A DNA stretch of 61,800 nt, counting the filler. It is 4 parts of 4 records of this genome, joined end to end, with 100 filler letters (N's around TTAATTAATTAA, not from the genome) between each part and the next. Parts side by side here need not be neighbours in the genome. Positions count along the whole stretch, not along the records: positions 1 to 21,879 come from SRR2962707_2607; positions 21,980 to 32,574 come from SRR2962707_2613; 2 more parts are not named here. The stretch is one strand, 5' to 3'. The notes under the pieces are model-generated. The model ran no database searches and was not told where the DNA came from. It worked only from the letters and a program-made list of their open reading frames with translations. Shown one piece after another: positions 18,800-28,474 of the stretch. Every line of letters begins with the position of its first letter. Positions within the stretch are counted from its first letter, which is position 1. A program made the position numbers and the translations under genes.

Positions 18800-20268
18800 G
18801 CGAGAGGACACTCACACGTCGCGCCTTTCTGTCGGGCACGGGCCTTGTGCTCGTGGCTTCGGTTGCCGGCTGTTCGGGGCTGCTGGGCGGATCGGATATC
18901 GCGACGCGGCAGACAGGGGGCTCGGCTCCGGCGGTGCCTGCGGGGACCGACCCCGAAGATGCGGTGATCGGGCTGCGTGAGCATCCGCGCATCATCGCTT
19001 CGTATGGCGGGGTGTATGAACACCGCGCCACCGAGCTGATGCTGGCGCGCATGGTCTCGAAACTGCTGGCGGCTGCGGGCCAGCCGGCGACCCAGTTTAC
19101 GATCACCATCCTCGATTCCTCGGAAGTCAACGCCTTCGCCTTGCCGGGCGGGTTCATCTATGTGACGCGCGGCATCCTGGCGCTGGCCAACGACATGAGC
19201 GAATTGGCGGCGGTGATCGCCCACGAGATCGCCCACGTGACCCTGCGCCATGCGCGGGCCCGTTCGGCGCGGGTGCGGACCACCGAAATCGTCGACCGGG
19301 TGATTACCGGGGTTCTGGGCGGGGTGATCGATCCCAACGCGACCGCCGAGCGTTCGGCGCAGAACCTTGCGGCGTTCTCGCAGAACCAGGAGCTCGAAGC
19401 GGATCGCGAGGGCATCAAGATTGCGGCGCGGGCCGGGTACGATCCGCATGCGGCGGCGCGGTTCCTGACCGCCATGGGCCGGTTCGCGCAGTTTGTCAGC
19501 GCCGCTAACGGGGGCGAGGATTTCCTGTCCACGCACCCCTCGACACCAGATCGCATCCAGCGGGCCATCAACGAAGCGCGCAATTATGGCGAGCCGGGGG
19601 TGGGGATCACCGACCGGCAGGGCTATCTTTCGGCTGTGGACGGCATCACCTTCGGGGATTCGGGCAAGCAGGGGACGATTGTCGGGCAGCGCTATATCTC
19701 GCCGCAATACCGCCTGACCTTCACGGTGCCGTCCGATTATGGATTGCAGATGTCCAACCAGGCCGTCGTGGCGGTGGCCGGCGACGGGGCGGCGCTGCGG
19801 TTCGACAGCGCGCAGGTGTCGTCTTCGACATCGCTTGCCGATTATCTGCGGTCGGGCTGGATTGCCGGGCTGCAGCCCGAGACGGTGACGACGCGCACCA
19901 TCAACGGCATCGAGACGGCGACGGGGCGGGCCCAGACCGACGAATGGTTCTTCGATGTGACCGTGGCGCGGGTCGACGATGGAGTGTTCCGCTTCATCTT
20001 TGCCGGGCGCGCCGACACGAGTGCGTTCCGCCGGGCGGCGCAACAGACTGTCGAGAGCCTGCGGCGCACCCAGCAGAGCGATCTTGCTGCCATCCGCACC
20101 GTCAAGCTGGGCCTCGTACGGGCCGGCAGCGGCGACAATGCCGATACGCTGGCCCAGCGCATGGGCCAGCTCAACCGCGGGCGCGAATTGTTTCTGGTGC
20201 TCAACAATCTGCTGCCGGGCGATCCGGTGGAGACGGGTGGGTCTTACAAGGTCGTGCGGGTGGAGTAG
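18796..20268 (+). CDS. M48 metalloprotease, probable Tat lipoprotein
   Basis: TRRAFL twin-arginine motif, VAGC lipobox, NAFALPGG, HEIAH, ELEAD, FLSTHP. Confidence 0.9.
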   Translation: MSERTLTRRAFLSGTGLVLVASVAGCSGLLGGSDIATRQTGGSAPAVPAGTDPEDAVIGLREHPRIIASYGGVYEHRATELMLARMVSKLLAAAGQPATQFTITILDSSEVNAFALPGGFIYVTRGILALANDMSELAAVIAHEIAHVTLRHARARSARVRTTEIVDRVITGVLGGVIDPNATAERSAQNLAAFSQNQELEADREGIKIAARAGYDPHAAARFLTAMGRFAQFVSAANGGEDFLSTHPSTPDRIQRAINEARNYGEPGVGITDRQGYLSAVDGITFGDSGKQGTIVGQRYISPQYRLTFTVPSDYGLQMSNQAVVAVAGDGAALRFDSAQVSSSTSLADYLRSGWIAGLQPETVTTRTINGIETATGRAQTDEWFFDVTVARVDDGVFRFIFAGRADTSAFRRAAQQTVESLRRTQQSDLAAIRTVKLGLVRAGSGDNADTLAQRMGQLNRGRELFLVLNNLLPGDPVETGGSYKVVRVE

Positions 20269-20310
20269 AGCCGGTCTGGTTTTACCGCAAACGGCTGTCG
20301 TCCGCCCGGC

Positions 20311-20398
20311 CGCTTCCCCGGTGAAAGCCGGGGTCCGGCAGCATGGACCGATGCACCGGCTTATCAATCAGCGTTCATGGACGGCTTTCGCCGGGAAG
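20311..20398. repeat. REP-like inverted-repeat element, family 1 copy A
   Basis: CGCTTCCCCGGTGAAAGCCGGGGTCC...CATGGACGGCTTTCGCCGGGAAG; related to 32270-32362. Confidence 0.8.
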
Positions 20399-20461
20399 GT
20401 TCTGGAGTGAAGATCGATCCCACATAAACCCTCAAGCGTTCGGCTTGTATGGGCAGAAACC

Positions 20462-20497
20462 AAAAAGGCCGGTCGCTGGGACCGGCCTTTTTATTTT
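20462..20497. terminator. Bidirectional intrinsic terminator
   Basis: AAAAAGGCCGGTC-loop-GACCGGCCTTTTT between convergent M48 and carD genes. Confidence 0.85.
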
Positions 20498-20514
20498 GAT
20501 TGAGGCGCTGCAGA

Positions 20515-21075
20515 TTATGCTGCGGCTTCCTCGGGGTCGGCTGCGTCGGTCTTGCCGCGGCGCGGGCTCTTGGCCAGGTTCTTGGTGATGAGCTTGACCG
20601 CTTCGGTGAGGGTGATCTTGTTCACCGAGGCGATTTCGCGGCTCATGCGGTCCATGGCCTGCTCGAAGAGCTGGCGCTCGGAATAGGACTGCTCGGGCTG
20701 TTCTTCCGAGCGATAGAGGTCGCGGACCACTTCGGAGATCGCAATGAGATCGCCCGAATTGATCTTGGCCTCGTATTCCTGGGCGCGGCGGCTCCACATT
20801 GTGCGCTTGACGCGGGCGCGGCCAGTGACGGTTTCGAGCGCCCTGGTGACTTCTTCGGGCTCGGCCAGCTTGCGCATGCCCACGGAATTGATCTTGGCAA
20901 CGGGCACGCGGAGCGTCAGCTTGTCCTGTTCGAAACCGATAACGAACAGTTCGAGAGTAAGTCCTGCGACTTCCTGTTCCTCGATGGACTGGATGAGGCC
21001 AACACCGTGAGCGGGGTAAACGATATACTCGCCGGTCTTGAAGCCCGCGCGCTGCGTGGTCTTTTTAGTTGCCAT
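20515..21075 (-). CDS. carD: CarD/CdnL family RNA polymerase-binding factor
   Basis: VYPAHGVG, WSRRAQEYEAKINSG, QSYSER. Confidence 0.95.
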   Translation of the reverse strand: MATKKTTQRAGFKTGEYIVYPAHGVGLIQSIEEQEVAGLTLELFVIGFEQDKLTLRVPVAKINSVGMRKLAEPEEVTRALETVTGRARVKRTMWSRRAQEYEAKINSGDLIAISEVVRDLYRSEEQPEQSYSERQLFEQAMDRMSREIASVNKITLTEAVKLITKNLAKSPRRGKTDAADPEEAAA

Positions 21076-21135
21076 ATTGGCTACTCCTGTTGACGCCTCG
21101 TTCCGATCAGCATTCAAGGGAATAGCCGAACGGAA

Positions 21136-21202
21136 CCAAATTCTTGTTTGTCGCGCCTCCGAATCGGAAAAGTGTTTCCACTTTTCCTGGAAGCGCTTTT
21201 AG
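21136..21202 (-). repeat. Short intergenic repeat, family 2 copy A
   Basis: Minus strand CTAAAAGCGCTTCCAGGAAAAGTGGAAACACTTTTCCGATTCGGAGGCGCGACAAACAAG aligns by eye with 59012-59082. Confidence 0.7.
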
Positions 21203-21396
21203 CGGACGCGTTCATTGCGGCAGACGCGCCTCACCCCTAACTTCGTGATCCTTTGAAGGATCATTATTCAGTCGCACAACTCTCCCGGCCGGTTCCGCTG
21301 GTTTCCGGTCGGTTGGCTTACGTTTGTGGGTTGTTTCACAAAAAAGTGCCCTAGTGGGCACGGGTTAGCGTGAGGGCTGATGCAACTGGTTGTGGA

Positions 21397-21426
21397 CACA
21401 ATACCACAGAATGATGACAAAATCAA
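21397..21426 (-). promoter_or_regulatory. Putative sigma70 promoter of carD
   Basis: Minus strand TTGATT-N17-TATTGT preceded by TGTGG. Confidence 0.45.
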
Positions 21427-21635
21427 AAGTTACGAATCAACCGCCGCGTGGGCGCCTATTCCGATGGCGCGCGGCATGCAATGACATATGGCAAGCAGGG
21501 GGATGATTTTCAAGATCGCCTGCTGTTGACCGCCCGAAAGCGACCACAGCTGATTTGCCGGAGCCATTCAGGGCCAGGGATAATCGGCGGTTTCGATGCT
21601 CCGCGTCGTCGCAAGCGGCCGGGCCCAAACCGGGA

Positions 21636-21879
21636 TCAGTCGCCTTCGCCGGGCTCTTCGGAGAAGAATTTCTCGAACTTGCCGTCGACGCCGTCCATTT
21701 CCTTGGCTTCGGGAAGCTCGTCGCGCTTTTCGGTCAGATTGGGCCAGACCGATGCGTATTTGGTGTTCACCTCAAGCCACTTTTCAAGTCCGGGCTCGGT
21801 GTCGGGCTTGATGGCGTCGGCGGGACATTCAGGCTCGCACACCCCACAGTCGATGCATTCGTCGGGGTGGATGACCAGC
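21636..21879 (-). CDS. fdxA: Ferredoxin (3' part; 5' end lost at contig edge)
   Basis: [19 protein letters not shown]; usual fdxA-carD order. Confidence 0.92.
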
Positions 21880-21979
21880 NNNNNNNNNNNNNNNNNNNNN
21901 NNNNNNNNNNNNNNNNNNNNNNNTTAATTAATTAANNNNNNNNNNNNNNNNNNNNNNNNNNNNNNNNNNNNNNNNNNNN
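21880..21979. other. Artificial contig linker
   Basis: N-runs around TTAATTAATTAA (stop codons in all six frames). Confidence 0.98.
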
Positions 21980-22834
21980 CGCGCAAAAGCGGCTATAGAT
22001 CGGCGGCGCAGCGGCCGGTCGATAGGCGGCGGCAAATGTAAGTGGCTGTAGCGCAATGCCGAGATCGAGCCGTTCCAGCCGCCCTCCGACCGCCATCGGC
22101 GTAGGCAGCGTCGCTACGCCCAGCCCGCGCTCGGCCAGTGATCTCAGGGTCAGCATCGACATGCACCCGCTAAGCCTGGGCTGGTGGGGCAACGGCAGTT
22201 GGCGGAGTTGCTCTGCCACCTCGAAATAAGGGCGCGACCCATGCGGGAACGTGATGACGCTCGCCTCGGCAATCTCTTCGACAGAGAGGCTGCGCGGCAC
22301 CGCTTCGGTATCGAGCCTCGTCTTGGCGCGGCCATAGAACCCGACCTCCATCGTGCACAGGGGGACCTCGACGAGAGCACGGTCATAGGACGGGCCAAGC
22401 ATCATCGCGATGTCGATCCGTCCGTTGTTGAGTTCAACGAGAAGGTCTTTGGTCGGGGCGGCCACCACTTCAATGCGCACCTGGGGATAGCAACGCTGAT
22501 GGCGATCGAGAAAATCGGTGAGCCAGGTCGACAGGATCGTATCGACGGCACCGAGCTGGATCGTGCCCTGCCAGTCTCCGGGATTGCTGAGCCGCTGGAG
22601 TGCTTCGTCATAGGCCGAAACGATCCGCTCGCAATAGGGTAGCAGAGCCTGACCCGCGGGGGTCAGGACCATCGAGGCGCCCACACGCTCGACCAGCTTG
22701 TTCTGAAGCTGATCCTCGAGCATGCGGATACGCTTGGAAATCGCTGGCTGCGAGATGTGCATGAGCTGCGCTACCGTGTGGTAGTTGCGGTGCTCTGCAG
22801 TATAGATCAGCGTGCGCAGCGCCTCGATGTTCAT
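21980..22834 (-). CDS. LysR family regulator (3' end truncated)
   Basis: N-terminal HTH HISQPAISKRIRMLE, LTPAG. Confidence 0.92.
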
Positions 22835-22845
22835 CCGATCCCCCG

Positions 22846-23511
22846 TTAAAGCCGCTCTGCGATCATGGCCGACGCGCCGGTAATATCGCCCAGCTTTTCT
22901 CCGGCCCTGAGGCGGGCGATGAGATCGATTTCCGCGCTCTGCATGCCGAGCGCGCGATCCGCTACCGCCTCGGCATCTTCGGGCGAAAGCACAACCACGC
23001 CGCTCTCGTCGGCCAGAATGGCATCGCCCGGGCTGACCGTCACCCCGCCGCAGGATATGAGCGTATTGAAGCTCCCGGACTGAGCATAAAGCTTGGTCGT
23101 GATCGAGGATCGGCCACGGCTCCAGATCGGAAAGGCATTGGCGACGATCTCGTTGACGTCAGTCACCGGCCCGTCGATCACCGCGCCGGCAAAGCCGCAG
23201 AGCGCGGCGGCGTTGGTTACGACACCACCCCAGCACGCGTGACGTGTATCGCCCGAACGGTCAATGACCAGAATGTCGGTAGGCCGCAGCGTCGAAACGA
23301 CGTCATGGAGCAGCGTGGAATCGTTGGCCGCCAGCCGCAGCGTTACCGCAGTGCCAGCAATCCGCCTGCCCGGATCGACCGCGGCGACGGCGCTGTCCAT
23401 GAAAGCCGAGTGGAGGAAGTGGCCGATGGTTGCCGTCTCGACGCGCCGGAGCTTTTCGAGCAGCGCATCGGGCAAGCTTGCCGGCAGAGGGTTTTTGACG
23501 AAGTCTTTCAC
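22846..23511 (-). CDS. RraA/HMG-aldolase family protein
   Basis: IAGTAVT, ACWGG, VIDGPVTD, GGVTVSPGDAILADESGVV. Confidence 0.9.
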   Translation of the reverse strand: MKDFVKNPLPASLPDALLEKLRRVETATIGHFLHSAFMDSAVAAVDPGRRIAGTAVTLRLAANDSTLLHDVVSTLRPTDILVIDRSGDTRHACWGGVVTNAAALCGFAGAVIDGPVTDVNEIVANAFPIWSRGRSSITTKLYAQSGSFNTLISCGGVTVSPGDAILADESGVVVLSPEDAEAVADRALGMQSAEIDLIARLRAGEKLGDITGASAMIAERL

Positions 23512-23521
23512 TATTTCTTCC

Positions 23522-24256
23522 TTACTGGTCTGCGCGCTGGGACAATTGGCCGATCACCGAGGCGAGCCCGGCCATCAGCACCTGATGCTCGGCCGCGATG
23601 ACGCGGACGGCGGCGCCCTCATCGATCGCGAATTGCTGCTCCTGAGGCTTCCAGGCCGGTATCCACCATGGCTTGCCGGCTGCCTTGGCGGCTTGTGCGA
23701 TGCGGGCAATATCGGTGCGGTCTGCGTCGGTGAAGGCGTAGGTCTTGCGCCCTCGCGTCAATGCCAGATCGAACGGGCCGACAAAGACGCCGTCGACGCA
23801 GTCGTGGGCGAGGATCGCTTCGATGTCGCCGAAAGCCTCGGCGGTCTCGATCATCGGCAGGCAGAGGATTTCCCGGTTGCACCGCTCGAAATAACCGGCA
23901 TCGGGCGGGCTGAACCGCGCGGAGCGCCCGGCGGCGTAGCTGCGGGTACCCATGGGCGGGAATTTGGTCGTTTCAAGCGCCGCGCGGGACGTCTCGAGCC
24001 GGCCGCAATGGGGGATGATTACCCCATCGACGTCAAGGTCGAGTGCGCGCTGGACCCAGACGGGCTCGGGGCCTTCGATCTTGAAAAACACCTTCAGCCC
24101 CAAAGCGCGGGCGGCAACGACGAGTGCTTCGCGCCGATCGGGGGAAAAGCCGTTGTGTTCGACGTCGCAGACGACGCGCTTGAAACCGGCATTGGCCGCG
24201 ATCTCGAGGAAGTCGAGATTGGGCGTGCTCATCCAGAATGCGTATCCGTCAAGCAT
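23522..24256 (-). CDS. HpcH/HpaI-family class II pyruvate aldolase
   Basis: CDVEH, KFPPMGTRS, PMIET, FVGPFDL; start reassigned to MLDGYA. Confidence 0.88.
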   Translation of the reverse strand: MLDGYAFWMSTPNLDFLEIAANAGFKRVVCDVEHNGFSPDRREALVVAARALGLKVFFKIEGPEPVWVQRALDLDVDGVIIPHCGRLETSRAALETTKFPPMGTRSYAAGRSARFSPPDAGYFERCNREILCLPMIETAEAFGDIEAILAHDCVDGVFVGPFDLALTRGRKTYAFTDADRTDIARIAQAAKAAGKPWWIPAWKPQEQQFAIDEGAAVRVIAAEHQVLMAGLASVIGQLSQRADQ

Positions 24257-24260
24257 GGGC

Positions 24261-25073
24261 TCAGGCCAGAACGTGGTGGTTGTTGGACGGCAGGATGGTG
24301 CGGACGTGCCGGGCGTAGTCGAAGTCGACATCCGCCAGCGTCACGCCCGGTCTGGCCGAAGCGCGAGCAACGATATTGCCCCAGGGATCGATGACCATGG
24401 AATTGCCGTAGCACGCACGTTCACCAGCCGCTTCGCGATGAAAACCGATCTGGCCGGCGGCGATCACCCAGCTCTGGGTTTCGATGGCGCGGGCGCGCAA
24501 TAGCGCTTCCCAATGATCCTTGCCGGTCTCCATATTGAAGGCGGCGGGGACCATGATGACATCGCAACCCTTCCGCATGTGCTGCAGATAGAGCTCGGAA
24601 AACCGCATGTCGTAGCAGATCGAGCACCCGAACTTGTGGCCATCATAGGTGAAATCGACAACTTCGCCGCCGCGGTCGATGACGTCGGATTCCCGGAAGA
24701 CGTGACCGCCTGGGGTTTCCACGTCAAAGAGGTGGATCTTGCGGTAGCGGGCGAGCTCGGTCCCGTCCGGACCGAAAACGACGCTCGTGTTGTAGTGCTT
24801 GTTGCCGTCGCGCTCGATCATCGAGCCTGTATGGACGGCAACGCCGTAGGTCTTCGCGAGCCCCTGCAGGGCGCGATAGCCCTCGCCGTCGGGGAACGTC
24901 TCGGCTGCGGCCCACTGCTCTTGCTTGAGCCCGCCCAGGAAGGTGGAATATTCCGGTGCGGCGACCAGGTCGACGTCCCGGCCGGCGATTTTTTCCTCGA
25001 ACAGCCGGGTGATCGTGGCGATGTTGGCCGACTTGTCGTCGCGGGAATTGAGCTGCAAAAGCGCAACGCGCAT
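24261..25073 (-). CDS. Carbon-nitrogen hydrolase (Nit1-like amidase)
   Basis: E-K-C triad: APEY, YRKIHLFDV, ICYDMRF; HWEALLRARAIE. Confidence 0.92.
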   Translation of the reverse strand: MRVALLQLNSRDDKSANIATITRLFEEKIAGRDVDLVAAPEYSTFLGGLKQEQWAAAETFPDGEGYRALQGLAKTYGVAVHTGSMIERDGNKHYNTSVVFGPDGTELARYRKIHLFDVETPGGHVFRESDVIDRGGEVVDFTYDGHKFGCSICYDMRFSELYLQHMRKGCDVIMVPAAFNMETGKDHWEALLRARAIETQSWVIAAGQIGFHREAAGERACYGNSMVIDPWGNIVARASARPGVTLADVDFDYARHVRTILPSNNHHVLA

Positions 25074-25102
25074 AGGGGTCTCCATTGGGTAGTGGTTGGT
25101 TA

Positions 25103-26386
25103 TTATCCGCCGTAAACGAGGTTGGGCAGGAACAGGGAAATCTGCGGCACGAAAGCGATCAACAAGATCGCGATGACGATGGGCAGCAGGAACGGAATTG
25201 TGGCGCGCGCGACCTTTTCGAATGGCAGTTTGGCGATATCCATCATGATGTAGAGCGCGATCCCGACGGGTGGCGTCAGAATCCCCACCATCAGCGTCAG
25301 CACCGTGAAGATGCCGAAGTGCACACGGTCGATGCCGAAGCCATCGACAATCGGCAGCATGATCGGCACCAGGATAATGAGTGCCGCTGTCGCGTCGAAA
25401 ACGCAGCCAAGGACGATGAGGAACAGCAGGTAGACGAGGATGAACACCCATTTGCTGTCGATATTGCCGAGGATGAAATCGGCAAGTTGCTGGGGCACGA
25501 GATCGAAGGCCATGATCCACCCGACGGTCGCCGAGAACCCGATCATCAAAAGCGCGATGGTCGAGAGGTAGGCCGTGTCGCGGAACGCTGTGACGAGAAC
25601 GTCGAGATTGAGCGTGCGGTAGTAGAGGCCGAGCCCCAGGGCATAGATGCACGCCAGTACGCCCGCTTCGGACGCAGTGGTGAACCCGGTGAGCATGGCG
25701 CCGAGGATGATGCCGGGCGCCAGCAGCGTCAGGAACCCATCGACGGCACTCCGGGCCACCTCACCGAACTTGGCGCGTTTCTCCCTGGGGAAGTTCCGGC
25801 GCACAGAGACGATATAGACATAGATCATCAACACCGCGACGAGGAGCAGCGCGGGCATGATGCCGGCGAGAAAGAGACGCCCGACTGACGCGTTGGAAAC
25901 AAAGGCATAGATCAAGAGCGGAATGGACGGCGGAAAAATCGGCCCGACGATGGACGACGCGGCCGTGACAGCAGCCGCGAAATCGGCCGGATATCCGCGC
26001 TCGCGCATCGCCTTGACCTCGACAGTGCCCAGCGCGGCGCAATCTGCAACCGCGGCCCCCGAAATGCCGCCGAAAAGCAGCGAGGCGAGGATATTGACCT
26101 GGGCGAGGCCGCCCCGGATGTGACCGACGAGGTTATTGGCGAAGCGGAAAATGCGGTCGGTCAGCTTGCAGCCGTTGAGAAGATTTCCCGCAAGGATGAA
26201 GAAGGGCACCGATAGCAACGCCGGCGAATTGATGCCGTCGAGCATCTGCTGGGAAACGATGCCCAGCCGGTCGGTGAACCCGAGCGCAACGACGCCCGCC
26301 GCCGAGGCGATGATGATCGAGGTGAGGATCGGCACGGACAGAAATGCCAGCGCCATGAAAACGCCAAGGACGAGAAGGCCGGTCAT
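25103..26386 (-). CDS. dctM: TRAP transporter large permease
   Basis: VPFFILAG, GGISGAAVAD, PPSIP, TPPVG. Confidence 0.93.
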   Translation of the reverse strand: MTGLLVLGVFMALAFLSVPILTSIIIASAAGVVALGFTDRLGIVSQQMLDGINSPALLSVPFFILAGNLLNGCKLTDRIFRFANNLVGHIRGGLAQVNILASLLFGGISGAAVADCAALGTVEVKAMRERGYPADFAAAVTAASSIVGPIFPPSIPLLIYAFVSNASVGRLFLAGIMPALLLVAVLMIYVYIVSVRRNFPREKRAKFGEVARSAVDGFLTLLAPGIILGAMLTGFTTASEAGVLACIYALGLGLYYRTLNLDVLVTAFRDTAYLSTIALLMIGFSATVGWIMAFDLVPQQLADFILGNIDSKWVFILVYLLFLIVLGCVFDATAALIILVPIMLPIVDGFGIDRVHFGIFTVLTLMVGILTPPVGIALYIMMDIAKLPFEKVARATIPFLLPIVIAILLIAFVPQISLFLPNLVYGG

Positions 26387-26904
26387 TCTGCCACCTCGAT
26401 CATTCCGAAGGGCGTGTACTCTTCCTTTCCGGCCGCGATGGCAATGAGGGCCACCAAGGCGTCAAGGAAGATCGGCAGGCTCGAAAACAGCAGCGGATAG
26501 ATAAGGACTTCACGCGGCAGGGCGACGATTTCTATCAGCCCGCGCGACGAGGCCAGCCGTTCGGGGATCGTATAGAGCAGCAGACCGGCGGCAGCGAGGA
26601 TCGCAAGATGGACCAACACGCCCAACACCCGGCGCGCCATCGGGCCGAGGAACTTGAGCACGATATAGATGGAAACGTCTTTGCGGCGCCGATAGAGCGG
26701 GTAGAACGCCAGCATCACCCACCATAGGAACAGCACCATAGTCCAGGGCCATACCCAGTTGAGCGGTTGGTCGAGCACGGCACGGGACGCAATATTGCCG
26801 GCGTTGATGGTCAACATGACCGCCAGAACGCCGATGCAGGTCCATTCAAAAACCCTGGCGACAAGATCGAGGATGCGTTCGGCGGCCTTGAGAGAGGAAT
26901 TCAT
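26383..26904 (-). CDS. dctQ: TRAP transporter small permease
   Basis: Four TM helices between dctP and dctM; start MNSSLK. Confidence 0.85.
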   Translation of the reverse strand: MNSSLKAAERILDLVARVFEWTCIGVLAVMLTINAGNIASRAVLDQPLNWVWPWTMVLFLWWVMLAFYPLYRRRKDVSIYIVLKFLGPMARRVLGVLVHLAILAAAGLLLYTIPERLASSRGLIEIVALPREVLIYPLLFSSLPIFLDALVALIAIAAGKEEYTPFGMIEVAE

Positions 26905-26961
26905 GTGCGCTGCCTTTCGGGGGTAAGGGGCCGCGCGCATGCGCGGCCCGCTTGACACATA

Positions 26962-27969
26962 TTACAGGCAGGCGTTGCGCGCGGCATCGACCTCGGCAAG
27001 GAAGCCGGCCGGCATGTCGCCGCTGGCCTCCCGGTCGCGGTAGATGGACGAAGCGGCTTCGATGAAGGGTGCCGTATCGAACAACCCGTACGTTGCGCCT
27101 TGCGCTTCCATGATCTCGAGCGAATCTTCGAACGCCGCGTCAATTCCCGCGGCAGCCATGTCCGAGACCTCGTAATAGGCCCGAAGGACGCCTTCCTGCG
27201 CCTCGGCCGAGATGCCGTCCCAGCTGTCCTTGTTGATCATGTAGACGTTGGCCTGATTGAACTCGTCGGTGCGCACGATGTACGGTGCCGGTTCGTAGAA
27301 CTTCATCGATTCAACGAGCGACGCGGGCGAGGTGACCGCCTCTACGATACCGGTCTGGAGCGACTGGTAAACATCGGTCCAGGCCATGACGAGCGGGTCG
27401 GTGCCGAGCGCCGTCCAGATGTCGACGATAAGCTGGTTGTCCCAAAGACGCAGTTTGAGATCCTGGACGTCTTCAAAGCTGCTCACTTCATCTTTGGTGA
27501 CGAGCACGCGGAAGCCGCGCGTGAACGGACCGACGTCGCCGATGACCGTAATATTGTCGCGTTCGGCAACTCCGTCGAGGATCGACTGGAAATAATTGGT
27601 CTTGAGAAAGCAGGCCCAGTGTTCACGGTCGTCGAACAGGAAGGGCGCCGAAATCCACGATACGCTGGGATCGAACTTGTCGAGGTAGGTCACGTCATCG
27701 GTAAAAATGTCGATGATGCCGGAACTGACCTGTTCGAGAACGGTCTGTGCATCGCCAAGTTGCTCGGACGGATAGATCTGAATAGAGACTTCGCCGTTCG
27801 TATACTCGCTGACGCGCTCGGCGAAAACTTCATGCAGCTGACCCTCGAACGATTCCGACGGCAGCTTGGTGGACATACGCCAGGTTTGGGCGGACGCCGC
27901 AGTCGCGAGGCCAGCCGAAACCGCGGCTGCCAGGCATATTGTGCCTATGGCGCGATAACTATTTTTCAT
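26962..27969 (-). CDS. dctP: TRAP substrate-binding protein
   Basis: Signal peptide, YPSEQLG, KLR with conserved Arg, VYQSLQTGIV. Confidence 0.92.
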   Translation of the reverse strand: MKNSYRAIGTICLAAAVSAGLATAASAQTWRMSTKLPSESFEGQLHEVFAERVSEYTNGEVSIQIYPSEQLGDAQTVLEQVSSGIIDIFTDDVTYLDKFDPSVSWISAPFLFDDREHWACFLKTNYFQSILDGVAERDNITVIGDVGPFTRGFRVLVTKDEVSSFEDVQDLKLRLWDNQLIVDIWTALGTDPLVMAWTDVYQSLQTGIVEAVTSPASLVESMKFYEPAPYIVRTDEFNQANVYMINKDSWDGISAEAQEGVLRAYYEVSDMAAAGIDAAFEDSLEIMEAQGATYGLFDTAPFIEAASSIYRDREASGDMPAGFLAEVDAARNACL

Positions 27970-28049
27970 CAGATTTATTCTCCCCTTTGAACCCATACGA
28001 TTAGACACCCGGCAGTGACAGAGGAAAAGTTTCTTAATTTCACGATTTT

Positions 28050-28068
28050 TGATAATGTAAAGTTATCA
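28050..28068. promoter_or_regulatory. Inverted repeat TGATAA-N7-TTATCA, candidate LysR operator of the TRAP operon
   Basis: Perfect 6-bp arms containing T-N11-A, in the AT-rich region upstream of dctP. Confidence 0.55.
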
Positions 28069-28078
28069 CCTACCTCTT

Positions 28079-28474
28079 TCAGATATCCGCGCCGGCGAGT
28101 TGTGTCAGGATGGGGCAGTTGGGGCGGTCGTCGCCCGAGCAGCAATGGACGAGATGTTTGAGCGTATCGGCCATTTCCTGAAGCTCGGTGATCTTGTGCT
28201 CGAGCTCGGTGATATGGTCGGTGGCAATGCGTTTGACGTCGGCGCTGGCCCGGGACTTGTCCTGCCACAGGCCGAGAAGCGCTGAGGTTTCATCCATGGA
28301 GAAGCCCAGTGTCCGCGCCCGCTTGATAAAGCGCAGCGTATGGACATCGTCGGTCCCGTAAACGCGATAATTGCTCTCGGTCCGGTCGGCGGGGGTGATG
28401 AGACCGATGGTTTCATAGTAGCGGATCATCTTGGCCGTTACGCCTGACGCTTTTGCAGCCTGTCCGATGTTCAT
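28079..28474 (-). CDS. cueR: Cu(I)-responsive MerR regulator
   Basis: MNIGQAA...KMIRYYE, metal loop [12 protein letters not shown]. Confidence 0.95.
   Translation of the reverse strand: MNIGQAAKASGVTAKMIRYYETIGLITPADRTESNYRVYGTDDVHTLRFIKRARTLGFSMDETSALLGLWQDKSRASADVKRIATDHITELEHKITELQEMADTLKHLVHCCSGDDRPNCPILTQLAGADI

Noticed and set aside
21880-21979. TTAATTAATTAA palindrome repeated three times in the window
   Set aside because: Always centred in equal N-runs; an assembly linker, not a biological repeat
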